Source: Magallana gigas (Eukaryota). Taken from it: DNA of 64,000 bases. The notes under the pieces were generated by a model. That model did not search any database. It was given only the letters and a program-made list of their open reading frames with translations, and had not been told where the DNA came from. The stretch is from assembly GCF_963853765.1 (NCBI RefSeq), contig NC_088859.1, positions 51,708,001 to 51,772,000 of the forward strand, in the 5' to 3' direction. Below are positions 1 through 32,470 of this stretch, piece after piece (position 1 is the stretch's first letter; each line of letters opens with the position of its first letter). Made by a program: the position numbers and the translations under genes.

Positions 1-2719
1 GACCGTATAGGTCTAGTTACTGTCTAACGGTAAAAAGTGGTAGGGGGGTCCATATAGGGGGTCCTTATCAGTCCACAATGTAACGGGCAATTTATTATTT
101 TTTTGTGTCAGTAGAATTCACGTTCCTACCTTGTAGTTTCGATGATTCGTCAGTAGATTAAAATTTGACCGAAAGGTTTCACACATTAACAGTTGCTCTT
201 TAACAAAGTAGTTCAATTGCTCAAATTCGTAAAGTAAGGAAATGCGCGAACGCGATCAAATATTAATGTTTGAATGTTTTGAGAAGATATTAAATAGACT
301 TGAAAGGTTAAATTAAAATAAAATACTAAAATCACTGAATGAAATAGCGTTTTGGTCACGTTTGAAAGCAAACACCATTAGCAAACACTATCATTTCAAA
401 CCATGAGCAATGAATGTTGCTTAATTTCCGCTTTCACTTCGATTTCTATACTAAAAGCTGTTTTTAAAAAGAACACAAACCTCAACAAAATTCGAAATAG
501 AATACATGGCAATTTCACGACGCAAAACAAAAATTACAATCAATAGAGAGTTCTACTGGCAACTTTTTGGTCAACATTTGTTTTACGAGACACGAGTTTC
601 TGTTTATGGAAATTGTCATTTGCGATAGAAATTATAGCTAACGTTAAGTGAAAAGCACGCTAGCAAGTGCAAGGGTAATGTATTCAAAAATCAGACTCTT
701 TATCTGCGGGAAGCCAGGGGGAATTCTCTTTAATAATTCCAAATGTCTTGTGGAGCGACTATTTACAACTTAATGTCATTTGTTGGCTATGTGAACGACT
801 CGCACAGTCTGTCGTGATTTGCGAAAAACAGGAGAATTATAATTACATAAAACATCATTTCTGTAAGATATATGTCCAATATCTTAATAATTGCCTTTCT
901 AGATCCAATTGAAACTAGAAAAAAACCGCGTCTGGCATTGTTTCAAATAGAATTAACTTGTAGGATTTTGTATAAATCGTTGGAAATAAGTTAAAGTGAA
1001 GTCATCAATTTCACAATCATAATGTAAACAGTCATATTATTCATATTTTACATACATGTACCACGGAAATAATTTTTATATACTAGAATCAAACTCCTCT
1101 GATCTTTTATTTGAGATTTTGATATAACCACTACTTATTACATTCATAACTGCAGAATAAAAGCCCGGGCCATATAGTAAAAATGGTGATTTAAATTCTT
1201 CAGTTTCCAATCAATCAGACCTGTCAGTACTCTCGATTCTTTGATTTGGTATTTATGTATAGTTTGGGCGTGGTTTTCAACTAAGATCATTTCGTAGAGT
1301 AGTTTGTTGGGAGAAAAATTAATTTACTAGCATACAATAAAATTCTCAATGCGTGTTGGTTCATGCGGGTATGAGGGCTTCGGTCATTACAGATAGAGAA
1401 ATGCCTGACCCTCGTCAGAGGGTTATGTCATTTGTATCCCGGTAAAGGAACAAAAATGTTTTGATTATATTTATTTCTCTTTTCTCTCTTTGACTTTCAA
1501 TCGTATACAGTTAGTAAGATCATTACGCTACATAGAAGGACGAGTCAATTCTGTGCAAATGTGGGCAATTCTGGCGTCAATACGTGATATCTGCGTTTGA
1601 ATTAATGCTTGCTAAGTGTATCGATTAAGGTTGGTTAATGTTTGACATTGAAGAACAAAGAAGAAAATGTATCCAAAAAATTCTTAGAAAGCCATTTATG
1701 GAATGTGTACTTTTAAACAAGGACAACTTGGTTTATAAACCGGATTTTAAAATCCTAACAGTTTATTTTTTGATATATCAATCGGTGTTTTAAAAAATTA
1801 AGAAACAAAAAATACCCTGTGTATTTTTAATCTAAGTTATTCTATAGCAATATACAATATACTTGTCTCTCTAGTATGTTTATTTGGGAAATAAAAACAC
1901 TTTGCAAAGTTAATGAAGAAATTAGGTGTTCTGCTATGGAAAAGTTTAATACTTAATAAGGTCGAGATCCTTTGGATGATACAGGAGTCTTCTGGAAATC
2001 ATATACAAGTTAGAACCCAATGCAAACCGGGTCTTGAATAATTAATCGGTATAATTTAGACGTATGTCTCCGGAATACGACTATATATCTCATATTATCC
2101 CATTTCCTTCATGTGAGTACTATTAAGAAACTTTATTTCTTTTCTTAAATTGCTGGCAAAACAACAGACCAATTCATTGTTTTTGGGACCACTGTAAGTC
2201 AATTTGGGCTTCATTATCATCCACCCAGAGGATATGACGTCACTTATTGGTCTGTCCCTACACTAAAACCTCCGCTCTGGTTTGCACAGAGCCATATCTC
2301 CTGTATTGTTGCAACGGGGCCATTACCTGTCTTATTTTGTTTCTTAACCTAGTTATATCCACTTCATGTACAGCGGTTCGTTGCCGGGGCAGAAAAAGTC
2401 TGAGGATTGCCGATCGGTTCTGCCCAGTAGAGACCGTAAACGCCATCAAGTTACTCTCGTTTTGTCGCTAATTACTTCTAATGTCATTATTATCTAATCT
2501 CGCGAGAACAACTGCCAATATTCGCCCTTTAATGTGTTTAATTCCAGAAGTTCTCAAAGCGTTAAGTTGCAGAGCCGGGTTTTGAGAGAGTTGACTTTGC
2601 TTCGTCTGGAAGGTTTTAAAGGTGTTTTTTTTTGTGAGTGAACGCTGTTAAGTGTCATTGACAAGTTTCACCTGTGAGTCTGACGAACATTTCCGCGCTT
2701 CAGGGACATAGGGGCTGCT

Positions 2720-2727
2720 ATGAATCG
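2720..2727 (+). other. Candidate first coding mini-exon of SYT15-like gene (ATG AAT CG | GTAAGT)
   Basis: Consensus donor GTAAGT at 2728 after an ATG. Phase 2 fits exon 15081 (gives M-N-R-M-K-Q...). Lies in a CpG-richer region. Not proven. Confidence 0.35.
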
Positions 2728-4611
2728 GTAAGTAACCAACCTACCGGAAGTCAGCCTGCCATCTTGTGCTGGTCTTTTGTACCACAATGCTTTGTCGTGA
2801 ATGGATTTTCTTGTAATTATGATAGAAAGTTTTAATTTTAAAAAATGACGGATGTTAGGATGATTTTACATGCAACGTATTAATGAAAGTGAAAATTAAA
2901 GGCAATCATTAAGATTTTTTTTTAACGAGGCCGAGTACAGATCGAGTACGCACGCTTTCGCGAAGCGTTTCATTTGTATTGTGACGTCATCTTTTTGCTT
3001 GGTTGACGCCATGGCGTGATAGTTTCAACTGCAGACATTCAACAAAATTTTTTGAAAATAGCTCGTTTGATGCGTAAAATTGATATAATATTGTGGAATA
3101 AACATAAATGTCTCGAAGTATAAGCTATATTTGGGCTCGGGTCGAAAACGTAAAGAGGGTTCAGCAAGCCTAGCCCTCTGTCACGTGTTCTTAATTAACC
3201 CGCCTAAATATAGCTTAATTCATATATTTCAAGACAGTAACCATGTATTTTATACAATTGCCCCTAATAAGTGATGTTATATATTTATTTATTTCTTAAA
3301 TATGTCTGAATGTCTTAATAATACTATAAAGATCACCATTTCCGGCTTTGTCAAATAAAGAATAGCCATTATCTGAAAATCTGGGAAATCGGGCATACAA
3401 AAAACAACTTTAAAAAGATCCCTGGAACAAACCAGGAGGTAAAAGGGTTTTTTTACCATTTGATGCCTTTTAGCAATAATTTTAATATGTAGAACAGAAA
3501 AAAATCCTTAGGGCAGAAGTTTTTAAAAATTTCAAACAAAATCCCATAGGGTCCTATGTTAAAAATTAACAAACTTTGAGATGACCCCTTAAACAAACGG
3601 TGTGGTAAATGTCTTATTTTTTTTATCTTAAAATAATAATTATAGCGAGCGCAGCTCGCCGGCGCGCAGCGCCGGCGCGAAGCGAGCTCTACCGGCAAGG
3701 CGTGTGTGAATAGAAAATTCGGACTATTTGCACATTCATTCAACGGATTTTTTTGGCGTCAGTAAATCGGACCAGTAATGCATCGTTTTAATCGTCCCAG
3801 TAGTTCCCTGTAATCATGGCAATTTTTATCACTTCACACTCTCACGAGAATCAGCAAGACAAATTTAGACAGTAAAAACAATAACGATGTAAGCGACATA
3901 CAGTCAATGTTACCTCTAAAGTTCACCTCAGTACACTTTCAATCAAAAATAATCGTGTGACGTCACAAACGTTTACACATTGATATATTTTTTCGGAGTC
4001 AGTAAATTTTGACCCACAATTCATAGTACCAATGGTTTCCAACCTCACGTTCCAACATCACGTTCTCCCGAGAATCAAAGTAAAACCTTTGAAAAGCTTA
4101 TAAGATGTGTAATTTTAAGAACATCATGCTTTTTAAGTAAATAAAACAGTATACTTCGCATACTTTTATTTCTCAAGGGAATTTTAAAGAGTAAGACGAC
4201 ACTTAACCAACGTCAGCTTTGACGTCACAATAAGCACTGATAAGGGGAAATTACTCTAATTGAAGTTATTGTAAATCTGCTGAAATGACCAAAATCCTCT
4301 CAAAATCTTGCAAAGGCTAAGATAAAGAACAGCTGACGAATAAGGACATTTCTTCAGATACAGGAAACAGTTGTAAATTGCACTTATTTGGATGAATGCT
4401 CACAAATATTTTATTCACTATAATTACGGTAATTTCCTGAAACGTAACGTTATACGTAGCAGCGCCTTTTTTTAAAGGGGTGGGTGGGTGGATGGCAGCC
4501 TCATCCAAAAAATCTTTGCAAGCAAAAAGAAAAATAAATCATGAAAATTCTAATCCTTCAGCTCTTTAGCAGTTCAATGGTTTCTTTATTTTCACTTCCA
4601 TTTATTACATG

Positions 4612-4644
<33 letters not shown>

Positions 4645-7105
4645 AACACCATGTTCTTTTAACATGATAAGCAAATATTTTAAAGCGTAAACTAAAAATA
4701 AAATTAAACATTAATTATTTTTTTTAAGTGGAGGGGCAAATCCATGGTAAGTCGATTTTCTATGTATAAATTGACAAAAATGAAAAAATTTTTAGCATGG
4801 GGGGAGCTCTATGATGAGTCAAGTTTTATATGTAAGTTTAAGAAAAAATGTCTACTGCAAAAAAAAAAAAAGGGGGAAATCAATCAATCAATCATAATCA
4901 CAATCACTTTAAAAGAGGAGATGCAGTGCAATGAATATTTATATATTAAAATCTTTATTATTTAACAACATTGTATCTGAGATTAAACTATTGTTCTACA
5001 TATAAATAAATAAATTATAAGAAATCTTATAAACTATGAATAATGAAAATTTACTGAAAAATAGGTATGTTTTATTTTTTGGCATTCAAATTTCACGTTG
5101 TTAATTTTATTTTATTAATTTATTATAATTCATTGTTTGATCACATGCTGTGCTCGCCCCAACGGTCGCACCGTAAAACATATTATTAGTAGAAATTCAT
5201 GTAAAAAATTTCATTAAAAAATCTAGGGCAGAACAAATTAGACCCGGCCTCGTTAGATTAAAGAATAGTCTGAACTTTTTACTGAAATCTTTCAAGCAAC
5301 AAACTGTTACATGAATATGTATAGCGGAAGGGAGAATGATTCACTTCCGGATAAGGTTTTTGGATGGTACAAAAGGATAGACTTTAGTTAATTTGATACA
5401 CAAATTATAGATTTGAGGAATTAGTTATAAGAATTAGATTATGCCAAATAGAAAATCTGATTTCACCAACAAATAAGAATTTCAGTAAATAACCGTATCT
5501 TAATCACAGACATAAACATGATGTGCTCTATACAAGCATTTCATTTGGAACAAAACCCGTATGAAATGGAATCAGATATCGGTTTGGAGAAACTGTTTAT
5601 TCATCTTCCTTACCAATTAGACGTATAATGTCGATGCGGGGTTCTGACGTACCTGGCTCTAAAGTATAGTAGGTGCGCGTTAGTAGGTGCGCGGCGGACT
5701 GTCTCCGTATTAATCTAGTCGCTATTTGATCCTTCCCTTTTTTTATCAAAAGCCGTTGACATTAAACCTATCAAATTTTGTTTATACAGAATGGATAACA
5801 GATCTTTATACCAAAAAATAGCTGTTTCATTCGATTGTCTTCACAAAAATGAACTCTCTCTCTCTCTCTCTCTCTGTGCGTGTGTGTGTGTGTACATGTA
5901 TAAGTAGGTATTATTTAGCAGTGTCATTTGTTTAATTAAATGGAGGAAAAAATATTATACACGAGTTAGTAATGCTAATAACACAAATAGTGCATGTTCA
6001 TTACATTTTTTCAAAAATGGATAATTAGATTTGGAATAATCAAGATCTTCGTTGTCCCATTGCATTAAATACCGCTAAACTTAATCTGAACCTGTTGTAT
6101 GATTATGTGTAAAGTTTCTTCAAGGGTATTGTTTTTCTGATTTCGAAATACCAAACGATTATTTTATGTAACAACCCAGAGTTTGCATGGAAGAATAACG
6201 TACAATTTGATTGACAAACCTACCTTTGAGATATCAGTTCACTGGTAAAAAGGGAAAAATTGTTCAACGACGAAATGGGTTTTTACAGTAATATTATTAA
6301 AAGATCATCAGTTCGATCCTCTTGTTTGGGTATCGGTAGAAATAATAATAGTGTTTTAATCGAGTACTTTTGAAAATAAAATTTGGTGTAGGTGCTGGTT
6401 GAAAGCTTGTTATAACACTGGACAAACAGCAATCTAATCGAGCACTTCTTTAGGCAGTTCGATAGGTGTGTAGTTAGGGAACTTGAGTTGTTATAATAAA
6501 GTTATACAGCATTACATGTATAATCAACCAGTAAGCACCGCTATAAGTGGTTTGTTGTAGGTATCTCGACGGATATTGTTTTAAATATTGTGGCAACGTT
6601 CTATCATGGTTTCATAGCAGTATAACGGAACACTGCTTCGGGTGATTTAGAATGGGTATGGGTAAAGAGGTGATTGAAACGAAGTTGAACAAAAGAGCTT
6701 TTGTGATTTTTTTAATATGTCAAACCGAGAGTAATTTATGCTATTTTTGTGGATGGAAAAACGCTTGCCCAGATTCATGGCCGGGAATTCTAGGAAACAT
6801 GAACTTGTATCCTTAGTAATTCGTACGTTGGTCAGATTGCACTCCATATCACACTTAGGCCATGTTATTAATTTTTGGAACATTATTACGAAAAAAAAAA
6901 CTCTTTTTGTAAGTCATAATACCCAGGATTATTTTTTTAAATAGATAAATGTAAAATTAAAAAAAAAAGATTTTTAACATACTTAAAATAAGCAGTAGAC
7001 TATCCATTTTACGGTTGTTAACTCGTACGACTTAAAAACAAAATAATTTGTATGGAAACTCTATGTAAAATAAAAACTTTGTTAACTAATTTTACTTTTT
7101 CTGTT

Positions 7106-9127
7106 TTTAGCTAACATGAACCGACGGTCTAAGTCAGCCTTTTCTGATCACCTGTTGTCCGTCGTCCATCTGTCTGTCCTCTGTCTCTAAACTTTTCACA
7201 TTTTTGACTTCTTCTTTTGAACCCCTTAGTCTAATTTAACCAACTTTGATACATAGCATCTTAATGGGAAGGAGATTCTAATTTTTTTAAAATAAAGGGC
7301 AAATCCTGTTTTAAAAGACGGATAATTGCAAAACAGTAAAACTAGCTTGGTGTCTTTAAAAATCATTTAGTCAAGAAATACTGCACCAAAAATGCCAATA
7401 CTTACACACCAAAGCTTGTATATACAGTGAAAATTTTAAATGAATAAAATTGTGACGCCTGGACTAATAATGGGTCCACCAGAGGAGTTCCAAGTTTGAC
7501 ATAGAAATAAATAGAAATATATAAGGAAAATATTTAAAAATCTTCTTATCAAAAGCTTCAATGCTACAATTTGGCAGATTACTTTGCAAGCATCCTCAAA
7601 TAATGTAGACTCATAATTGTTGAAATCGTGAGCCATGTACTAATAATGGGGCCTCAAGAGGGGTTTATAGTTTAATCTAGAAATATATATAGGGAAATAT
7701 TTACAAATTTTCTTAAAGGGACATGGTGACGCACAAACCCATGATTCAGCAAATATCAAATTTTTACACGATTTCCCCAATTTTATATATCATATGAAAA
7801 TATGAACTTTTGAAAAATTACGGTGTTCCAAAGTAAATAAATCAAATCAAAAAAAAAGAAAAATGGAATTACACGTTGGACCACCACAAAGTATTGAGCT
7901 TTTCTTCCGCTTCATAGACACGCAAGCGCAGGGGGATATACCGGTAAGTACTGCAGCGTGGCATACATCATGAGCAAGGAGCCTTTCATTAAAACATGAT
8001 GTCTTTAAGTACCTATATATTTATGAAGATGCATTCTCTATTAATGCATATATCTTACCACAGACATCGATTAGCTTCAAATTCAATTTTTTTTTCAGAG
8101 TGGCAATCCCATTGTAACTATATTTAGACAGAAATTTTAACCACGTGACACTAAACCAATGTCCGAAACAACTCGTTTACATGTGCTATTTCAGGATGAG
8201 TTTTAATGACCTGTAAATTGATAGGTAATATCTTATGATGCGTGAAACCTTCCGTATGAAGACATTTCGAATAGCTCTTTTAGTTTCCGTTGTCATACTG
8301 TAAACCAACATTTATTCGCGGCGACTTAATTTCGCTATTTACTTCCAATAATCTAATTTGCGATGACTAATGTTCGTGACCAAGCCTTATCCAGACCCGT
8401 ATTTCGTTATAACAACCATACGATAAAGACTTGTTCGTAACGAGAAATATTCGCGACGACGAGGCTCTCGCGATCCTCGCGAAAATTTCTCGCACGCGAA
8501 TAAAAGTTGGTTTTCAGTATTCAAAAAGTAAAACATCTATTTTGAGTCACCGTGCCACTTTAAAAACTACAATGCTACAATTTTTAAGATTACTTTGCAG
8601 ACATCCTCAAATAATTTAGATTTTTATTTGTGACAATCGTGACAGCCAGACTAATACTTAGACCCCAAAAGGGGTTCAAAGTTTAAAGCAATATGAACTG
8701 TATTTTTTAGAATTTTATTTTGCTGCCAAAATCCTGCTAGTATGATAAGTCTACATGTAACTTAAACTTTTATGATCGACAAGATTTGAAAAAATCATTA
8801 AAAGATTAGAGATTAAAGATTTCTCTTCTATGAAATATATAGCAGATCAATTTTTGTACAGCAACACAAAAATTCAATTTTGCTTCTATTAAGGCTTCTT
8901 AACGGCCTTTTCCACAACAATATGGCTAAAAGAAATTTAAAAACCATGGTATTTTTGTCATTTGAGTAGAAAATAACATTTTCGTAAAAAAAAAAATTAA
9001 ACATGACAATTGCAGCTCATATTGCATTAACTTGGACATATATTGGGGAAAATATTTAAAACCTGCAATAGAATTATACAATAGAACTCTTTTTCAGGTG
9101 AACAATGTGGCCCATTGGTCTCTTGTT
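7106..9127 (-). mobile_element. Helentron/HINE-like non-autonomous element with nested insertions
   Basis: Ends tttttagctaacatgaacc...(gtcc/gtct microsatellite) and ...caggtgaacaatgtggcccattggtctcttgtt are reverse-complement relatives of the element at 56306-57150; no ORF. Confidence 0.6.
8296..8519. mobile_element. Small MITE with TIRs tactgtaaaccaac...gttggttttcagta (TA-flanked); related decayed copy at ~29780-29980
   Basis: Terminal inverted repeats visible; the second copy shares tctcgcacgcgaataa.agttgg. Confidence 0.65.
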
Positions 9128-11512
9128 ATTCCTGCGTTGGCTGTTAATTTAGCCTTTGATCAATTACATTAAAGTTTGGGGGGATATCTGACCTTGAACT
9201 GGCGGCGCATAGGGTCTTATTTTCCTATTATCAATGAACAAAAAGATTGAAAAACAACTGAAGATTTCATTAAGTAGGAATGTAGTAATAAAAAAATACA
9301 CAAAGATCAATGCTTTCATCGATAATTTAACAAGAAGCGATATTTGCTTTAAAAAAATACAAAAAAAAAAACCAACAAAACAAAACATCGAGTTGGAACA
9401 GTGACAACACCTTTTGTTCACCGTGTGTCAGACGCAAGAAAATAGTCCGTATACCTGTGATGGGATCGGCGAGGTGTGCCTTTGATATCTGAGACCGGCG
9501 CAGAGATTCGTCGGTCTTCATGTTTCTTTGATATCTTTAGTTCTATGGTGTAATTTCTCCGATTACGAATGGTAACTACAAATGGCCCACGTTTCGACGC
9601 CAATACCAGGTGATTTATTATTGCGCCATCATCACGTTGTAACTTTTCTCCGGTATAGCACAAGAGAAAATCACTAGGACTTGCAGGATATAAGTTCTTT
9701 TTTTATTAATAAAATTTCAATAAGATTATCGTGCACGAGATAAAAAGTGGGAGTTTGCAACCAAGTCGAAGAGCGGACCTTGGGTGCTTAAAAAGTGGCG
9801 ACTGTCCTTCAGAGAATTGTTATAACTAAAATTCTGAGAGACTGGCGAAAGATCCCCAAAAATTTATAAATTCACTTAAATAACAATTTTTACATTTTTA
9901 CATTTGTATAGGACATTTTAAACCATGCCATTCTTGCCAATATCTGTTTCCACAACCTTACACTAAATTTTGTAGTTTGGTTAGGACATGTAGGTTGGCA
10001 AATGATTTTTATCAGACTTATGAATAAATCGAACATTCGACTGAAGAAAAGTTTGGTTTTAATAAAAAGTTTCATAGAAAGTTAAACTAAATATAATTAA
10101 ATACATAAAAAATGTCTTGAAACGAAATATATATATAGTCTGCGACAATTAATTGGGTCAGCGTCGATGAAGGAATGCATGTTTTCTACATAGGTCTCAG
10201 GTGTAACCACTGGTCTCCAATTGCTGAATTGGTGAAATAAGAGGAGTTGTGGTAATCTTACGGAGATGTGACAAAGATGTATACATAACAGGGTGGGCCC
10301 GATGTTCATACTAGCGATGTCACATCTCATTTTGTTACAAGGATGACTTTCTTGTTATAAAAAGGGCATTTTATGACAGAGATTAAAATCCTTTTTCTGG
10401 GAATTGCATCAGAAAAGAAACACCAGCTTCACTGCACTTTGGATTATTGAATTAATATAAAACACACCAATCATTTTAAATTCGCCACTAGTTACTGGTG
10501 TTTACCAAGCAGAGCGTATGTCGGTCCTCCAAGGACGTGGCGTGATCGCTCTTTCAGGTAGAGTCTCCGATTCTTGGAGACCCCGATTCTTGGCCCTGGG
10601 ATTACCGAAGAGCTCTCCCCCGAGAGAATCTGCTTTGTAGTGAATTGTCAAAGTCTCACTCCGCCACTTGAATAATATTTAATATAGTGATCTACCCGAT
10701 GGTTAGGTAGATGGTCAATGTTCAATCTTAGGGGTGCGGATTAACAATGCATCGGGTGGTAGAAAGGTAGGATATCTATAACATACATTATACATTGAAT
10801 GTTGTTGACTAAGTTTTAGCTGAAAATCTGGATTTAATGGATAAAAGTACATGTTTCTACAAGGAGGACAGTAGCATACTCGGTTGAACGAAATACAAAA
10901 CACGGCTCTTACAAGTGCAGTGACGGCTCGTGAGAGGGAATCTTCATTAACGTCTAAAGCGTCTAGGAGTCAAGCTTCCTGATTTGGTTTTGTAAACTAG
11001 CTATTTAATTAACCTCCGCTTTAATGAATTTCCGATGTTTCTACAAACATCTAGATGCCGGTTATACCCATTTCGTCGCTTGTACTGACCAAACAATGAA
11101 TATTTTATTGGTTTGGTGTGAACAGGATGTTTTAATGTAATAGGGAATTTTCTCTTTATATATTATGTATAGCCGGAAAAGCACCATGAGTTTTAGATTT
11201 TTGCATACTTTTGACTTTCTTCACGGTTGATTGGTAATAGTGTACTTTACTGATTTCTTAATCCGATAATTGATTTCTTGTTCCGCATTCGATGCACTAA
11301 AAAGTGAATAATTTGAAATTTACAAAATCATTATTTTTGTTGTGTTGTTGGGTTTTTTTTTGAAATATTAAATCCCTTCAGTTTATTGTGCGTTTAAAGC
11401 GAGAAATGTTATAAAAGCACAGGTGATTCAGGTTTATAAAGATCAAGCACTTGTTACAAGGAACCTTTTGTGTGTAGGATTTTTTCTTTGTAATTTCCCT
11501 CTTATTTTACAG

Positions 11513-11614
11513 ATTACCGCGATGCTTTGATGTCAGAGCGATATCCAAGTACATCTCTCTAAAAGCAAATTCTTTTTAGTCAATGCCAGCGAACATTTAC
11601 CCGACCAAAGGCAG
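11513..11614 (+). other. Second candidate upstream exon of SYT15-like gene (ATG 11583, MPANIYPTKG, phase 2)
   Basis: ttttacAG acceptor at 11511-12 and GTaatc donor at 11615; phase fits exon 15081. Confidence 0.25.
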
Positions 11615-12103
11615 GTAATCAAATAAAGATTTCTGCTGTCGCCCACCGCGATATGACTTAATCGTTTCGGAGCCTTCATTTCTGACCCATGTCTCCAATA
11701 CTGAAGTCAGTAAGGGGAGATTATTGCGCACCTCCGCCAGTCGGCTCTGTACCGAAAACACAGCTTGTTAATCACATAATGACTCACTATAATGTTGGTT
11801 AGACTAATTGTTGGGAGGAAATATTTCACACAATCCTGATTTGATAGGTTTGCATTTGATGACAGGGAAGATTTAGTATTCTCTAATGTCCAAAGGAATT
11901 CCTTTGAATGCATTGTTAATCAACAACTGTTGAAACATTGTTGTAAAACAATTAAAGATGAAAAAAATTGAAAATACGAAAAATTATGATTGTAATTAAA
12001 ATCTTTATTTCCTTGGCGTAACAAATGAGCATAATCGTCCAATAATAGTCGGACGTGTTATCATCATGAGGTTTATCCTGTATACGGACAGAATCTTTGA
12101 TAT

Positions 12104-12238
12104 NNNNNNNNNNNNNNNNNNNNNNNNNNNNNNNNNNNNNNNNNNNNNNNNNNNNNNNNNNNNNNNNNNNNNNNNNNNNNNNNNNNNNNNNNNNNNNNNN
12201 NNNNNNNNNNNNNNNNNNNNNNNNNNNNNNNNNNNNNN
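12104..12238. other. Assembly gap (N run)
   Basis: 135 N. Confidence 1.
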
Positions 12239-15080
12239 GGGTTTTCACTACCTAGAAAGCATCTTTATCTTTGACAACCTTGTAATTATTAGAGGTCGTT
12301 CGTACAGGATACATATATACTGTATACTTGGCCTTACTTGTTTGAATGTCTCGATCACTGTATCTTGTTTCATGTTCGTAAAAAACAGATGTTTACTGCA
12401 TTGTTGTTTTTGAAGTTGTACTCATATCTCTTGAGGATATCTGCCTAGTGTTGATTACCAGCGCCATCTTTGTTGTACCCACAGGTGTAGTACTTGAGTC
12501 GAGCTGATTGTTTAACGCTGTTTCCAAGGTGACAATGGCTGCTCTGACCCCCTGCCTCCTCCGCATCAGTTATATGGCCTCTGCGACTTATCGTCGCCAT
12601 TTTGTTCCAGTTTTTGGTAAATGGTAAAACTCGGGTGTAATTTAAGAGTCGTTGTTACAATTGGGGGTTTGTTTCCTGCAGTCATTATGTAATAGTTGAT
12701 TTCCATTAGGTTTTTGGTGCATATCTTATAACCACTGCGAGGAAATGTCACGATACGGCTTTATGAATTTTTAACGAAATTGGATTTTAATCCGTTCTCT
12801 GGAGAAAATTAAATTTCATCCTAAAAACATTCTATCCAGCTACTATGTACGTATATGTGCATTATTGCATCAAGCTGTAAGGAGGGGTTGGCTGATCTCT
12901 TTGGCATAGTGAGAAATGAGCAAAAACCGTTACAGTAGCAAAATGCATGTAGTTTGAAAGAATCGGAAAAATAAATTTAACCATGTGATAACTAGTCATA
13001 TTATTCAAGACAGTATGTGGCACAGTTATTTATATTTCATACCTGATAAGAGATGAAAGACAATATGTTGATTTTATAGTGTATGCACTCTTTTGCAGTG
13101 ATATGTGCAGGAAATTACAATAAACAAATCTTCCGCCAGAGTTGGTGCGGAGACGCAGCGGACTCTGGGTACTTTGGGAAATTACAGGTCATCTATGACG
13201 TCATAGACTGTTACCTGGAAGGCGGTACTTGTCAGTGGCAGACACTCTGCTCCCGACGATGTGCTGCTCTTGTAGGCTTGGTAGATCAAAAAATCCCCAA
13301 GTGTTCACCTGTCATTTACACTCTTACTGGTCACTGATGACGTAATATACTCACTCACTGTCCACTGTTCTGTCACGTCCTCAAAACGGTGCTTAATTTG
13401 ATATCGAGGACCCTATCATTTTTTCTTGAAAATTATTATCAAACAAAGAATGGACATTTTGAGTTTAATCACGTGACTTACTAATAAATGGTACGTGTTA
13501 TTTAACCAAGGAAAAATACAATCAATAAAATCCTACTCCGTCGGAAAGTTCATGCACATTAAATTTTCAATTACTTTATCCTTGTCTTATAAAGTAATTG
13601 AAACGTTCGGAATAATTGATTTGATTTCAATTTTTTTATGAAATACATTGCAGATTGCTTTTTTTTCTATTTTACATTAAATGACAATTCTCTTTATCCC
13701 CCTAAATACACACTAGATATGAAACGCAACTGCAAAAAAAATAAAGAAAAATTCAAAAGTCTTTAATTCTACGTTAGTTTGTTTCAAAGTGGTTGTAACT
13801 GGGGTATTATCACTTGTTACAACAGCACTATTCGGAATGCAGTTCACTTTGCTTAAGATCAAAAATCAGGAATTAAAATAATGACTCGTTTAAAACGTAT
13901 TTCACCATAACTGATAAGTTCTTAATGGTGTGCATGTTTAAGCTAACTGACTTGTTTTAAGCGAAAACCCCTAATGAGTCTGATAACTGAAACAACGTTT
14001 TACTGTAATCTTGCAATTATTTAAATTAAAAAACAGTGCTTTTAGTCCTTTTTTGGGTTTGATTTCAATTTTTTTCTACCTTAATCAATTCTTTGGCAAT
14101 TTTTGTGCGCCATTGTGTTGTACTGTAACAAGCGCTATGGATAAATATCGTTTCAATTTTTTTATCATTTAAGATAAAGAACGGTACTTTAAAATCAAGG
14201 TTTAAATAATGTAATGAAAACATTTTTATACTATTTATCTGTTTGATTGAAACCAAAGTGGGAAAATCTTTAACGCGTGTTGATAAATGACGCTGATTTC
14301 TGCGTTATGTAGCACGCACTGTCAGTAACTCAATACCGGGTAACGAGAGAGTAATCCGAAAGTACGCGACTTGTGACACGACGGCGTGATTGACGACCGA
14401 ATCGTCCATCCGGGCAACCGAACACGATGTTTGGTTAATAAAATGTATTAATAAAACGTTGGTTCACGGTAGATCCTCCAGTTACGCCAAATCTTGTTCT
14501 TCGGAAACAGCAACATGTTTGCTATTTAGTGTGTGCTTATTGCTTTGCAAACAACATTTTCGTCATGGTCTGTAACATTACGGTCGAATTCTATTAATCG
14601 AAAAAATAACCAAGAGAGCGATCGAAATCTGTCACCAATTACATTATTTGTCTAAAATGAAGCTTTGCAGTATTGGTATAACACAATCCTTGGATCAAGC
14701 TCTCTCAGAACGCAATCGGGTTGGGAGGGTGGAGAATTAAGATACAGAGCCGAGTGCGCCTCCCTGGTGTCCGCGGTGCGTTCGATTGAGATCACTGTGA
14801 CAGAAACCTCGCGAGCAGCTGCGCGCTTCAGCCTCCTCTAGTTAATGCACGGTTTGGAATTCTAGAATTCTAAAGCATATTAAAACGGGATTACTCTTGT
14901 ATTGATTCAGAGGAACACATGAATAAGAATTTAAACTAGATAGGAAGAATAAGACTTAAGACGACTTGACATCAATATTTCCTGACTTTGTGTGGTTGGA
15001 GGATTCCATAGTGACATGTGCGGACTATTCGAGGACTCAGCGATGAAGCGTTATCATTCTATGATTCTTCTTCCTTGTAG

Positions 15081-32404
<17,324 letters not shown>

Positions 32405-32407
<3 letters not shown>

Positions 32408-32470
32408 GTGTCCGTGTGTCTGGTTGTCCGTGTGTCTGAGTGTCCGTGTGTCTGGTTGTCCGTGTGTCTG
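32405..32470 (+). repeat. 16-bp tandem repeat x4 immediately after the SYT15 stop codon (3' UTR)
   Basis: tgtccgtgtgtctg(ag/gt) repeated. Confidence 0.85.

Noticed and set aside
2247-2471. 74-aa ORF with a hydrophobic stretch as the SYT15 transmembrane exon
   Set aside because: No convincing in-phase splice donor, it terminates in a stop, and it has no similarity to the SYT15 N-terminus.
11952-12413. ORFs spanning N runs (also 25470-25778)
   Set aside because: Open only because N codons are not read as stops.
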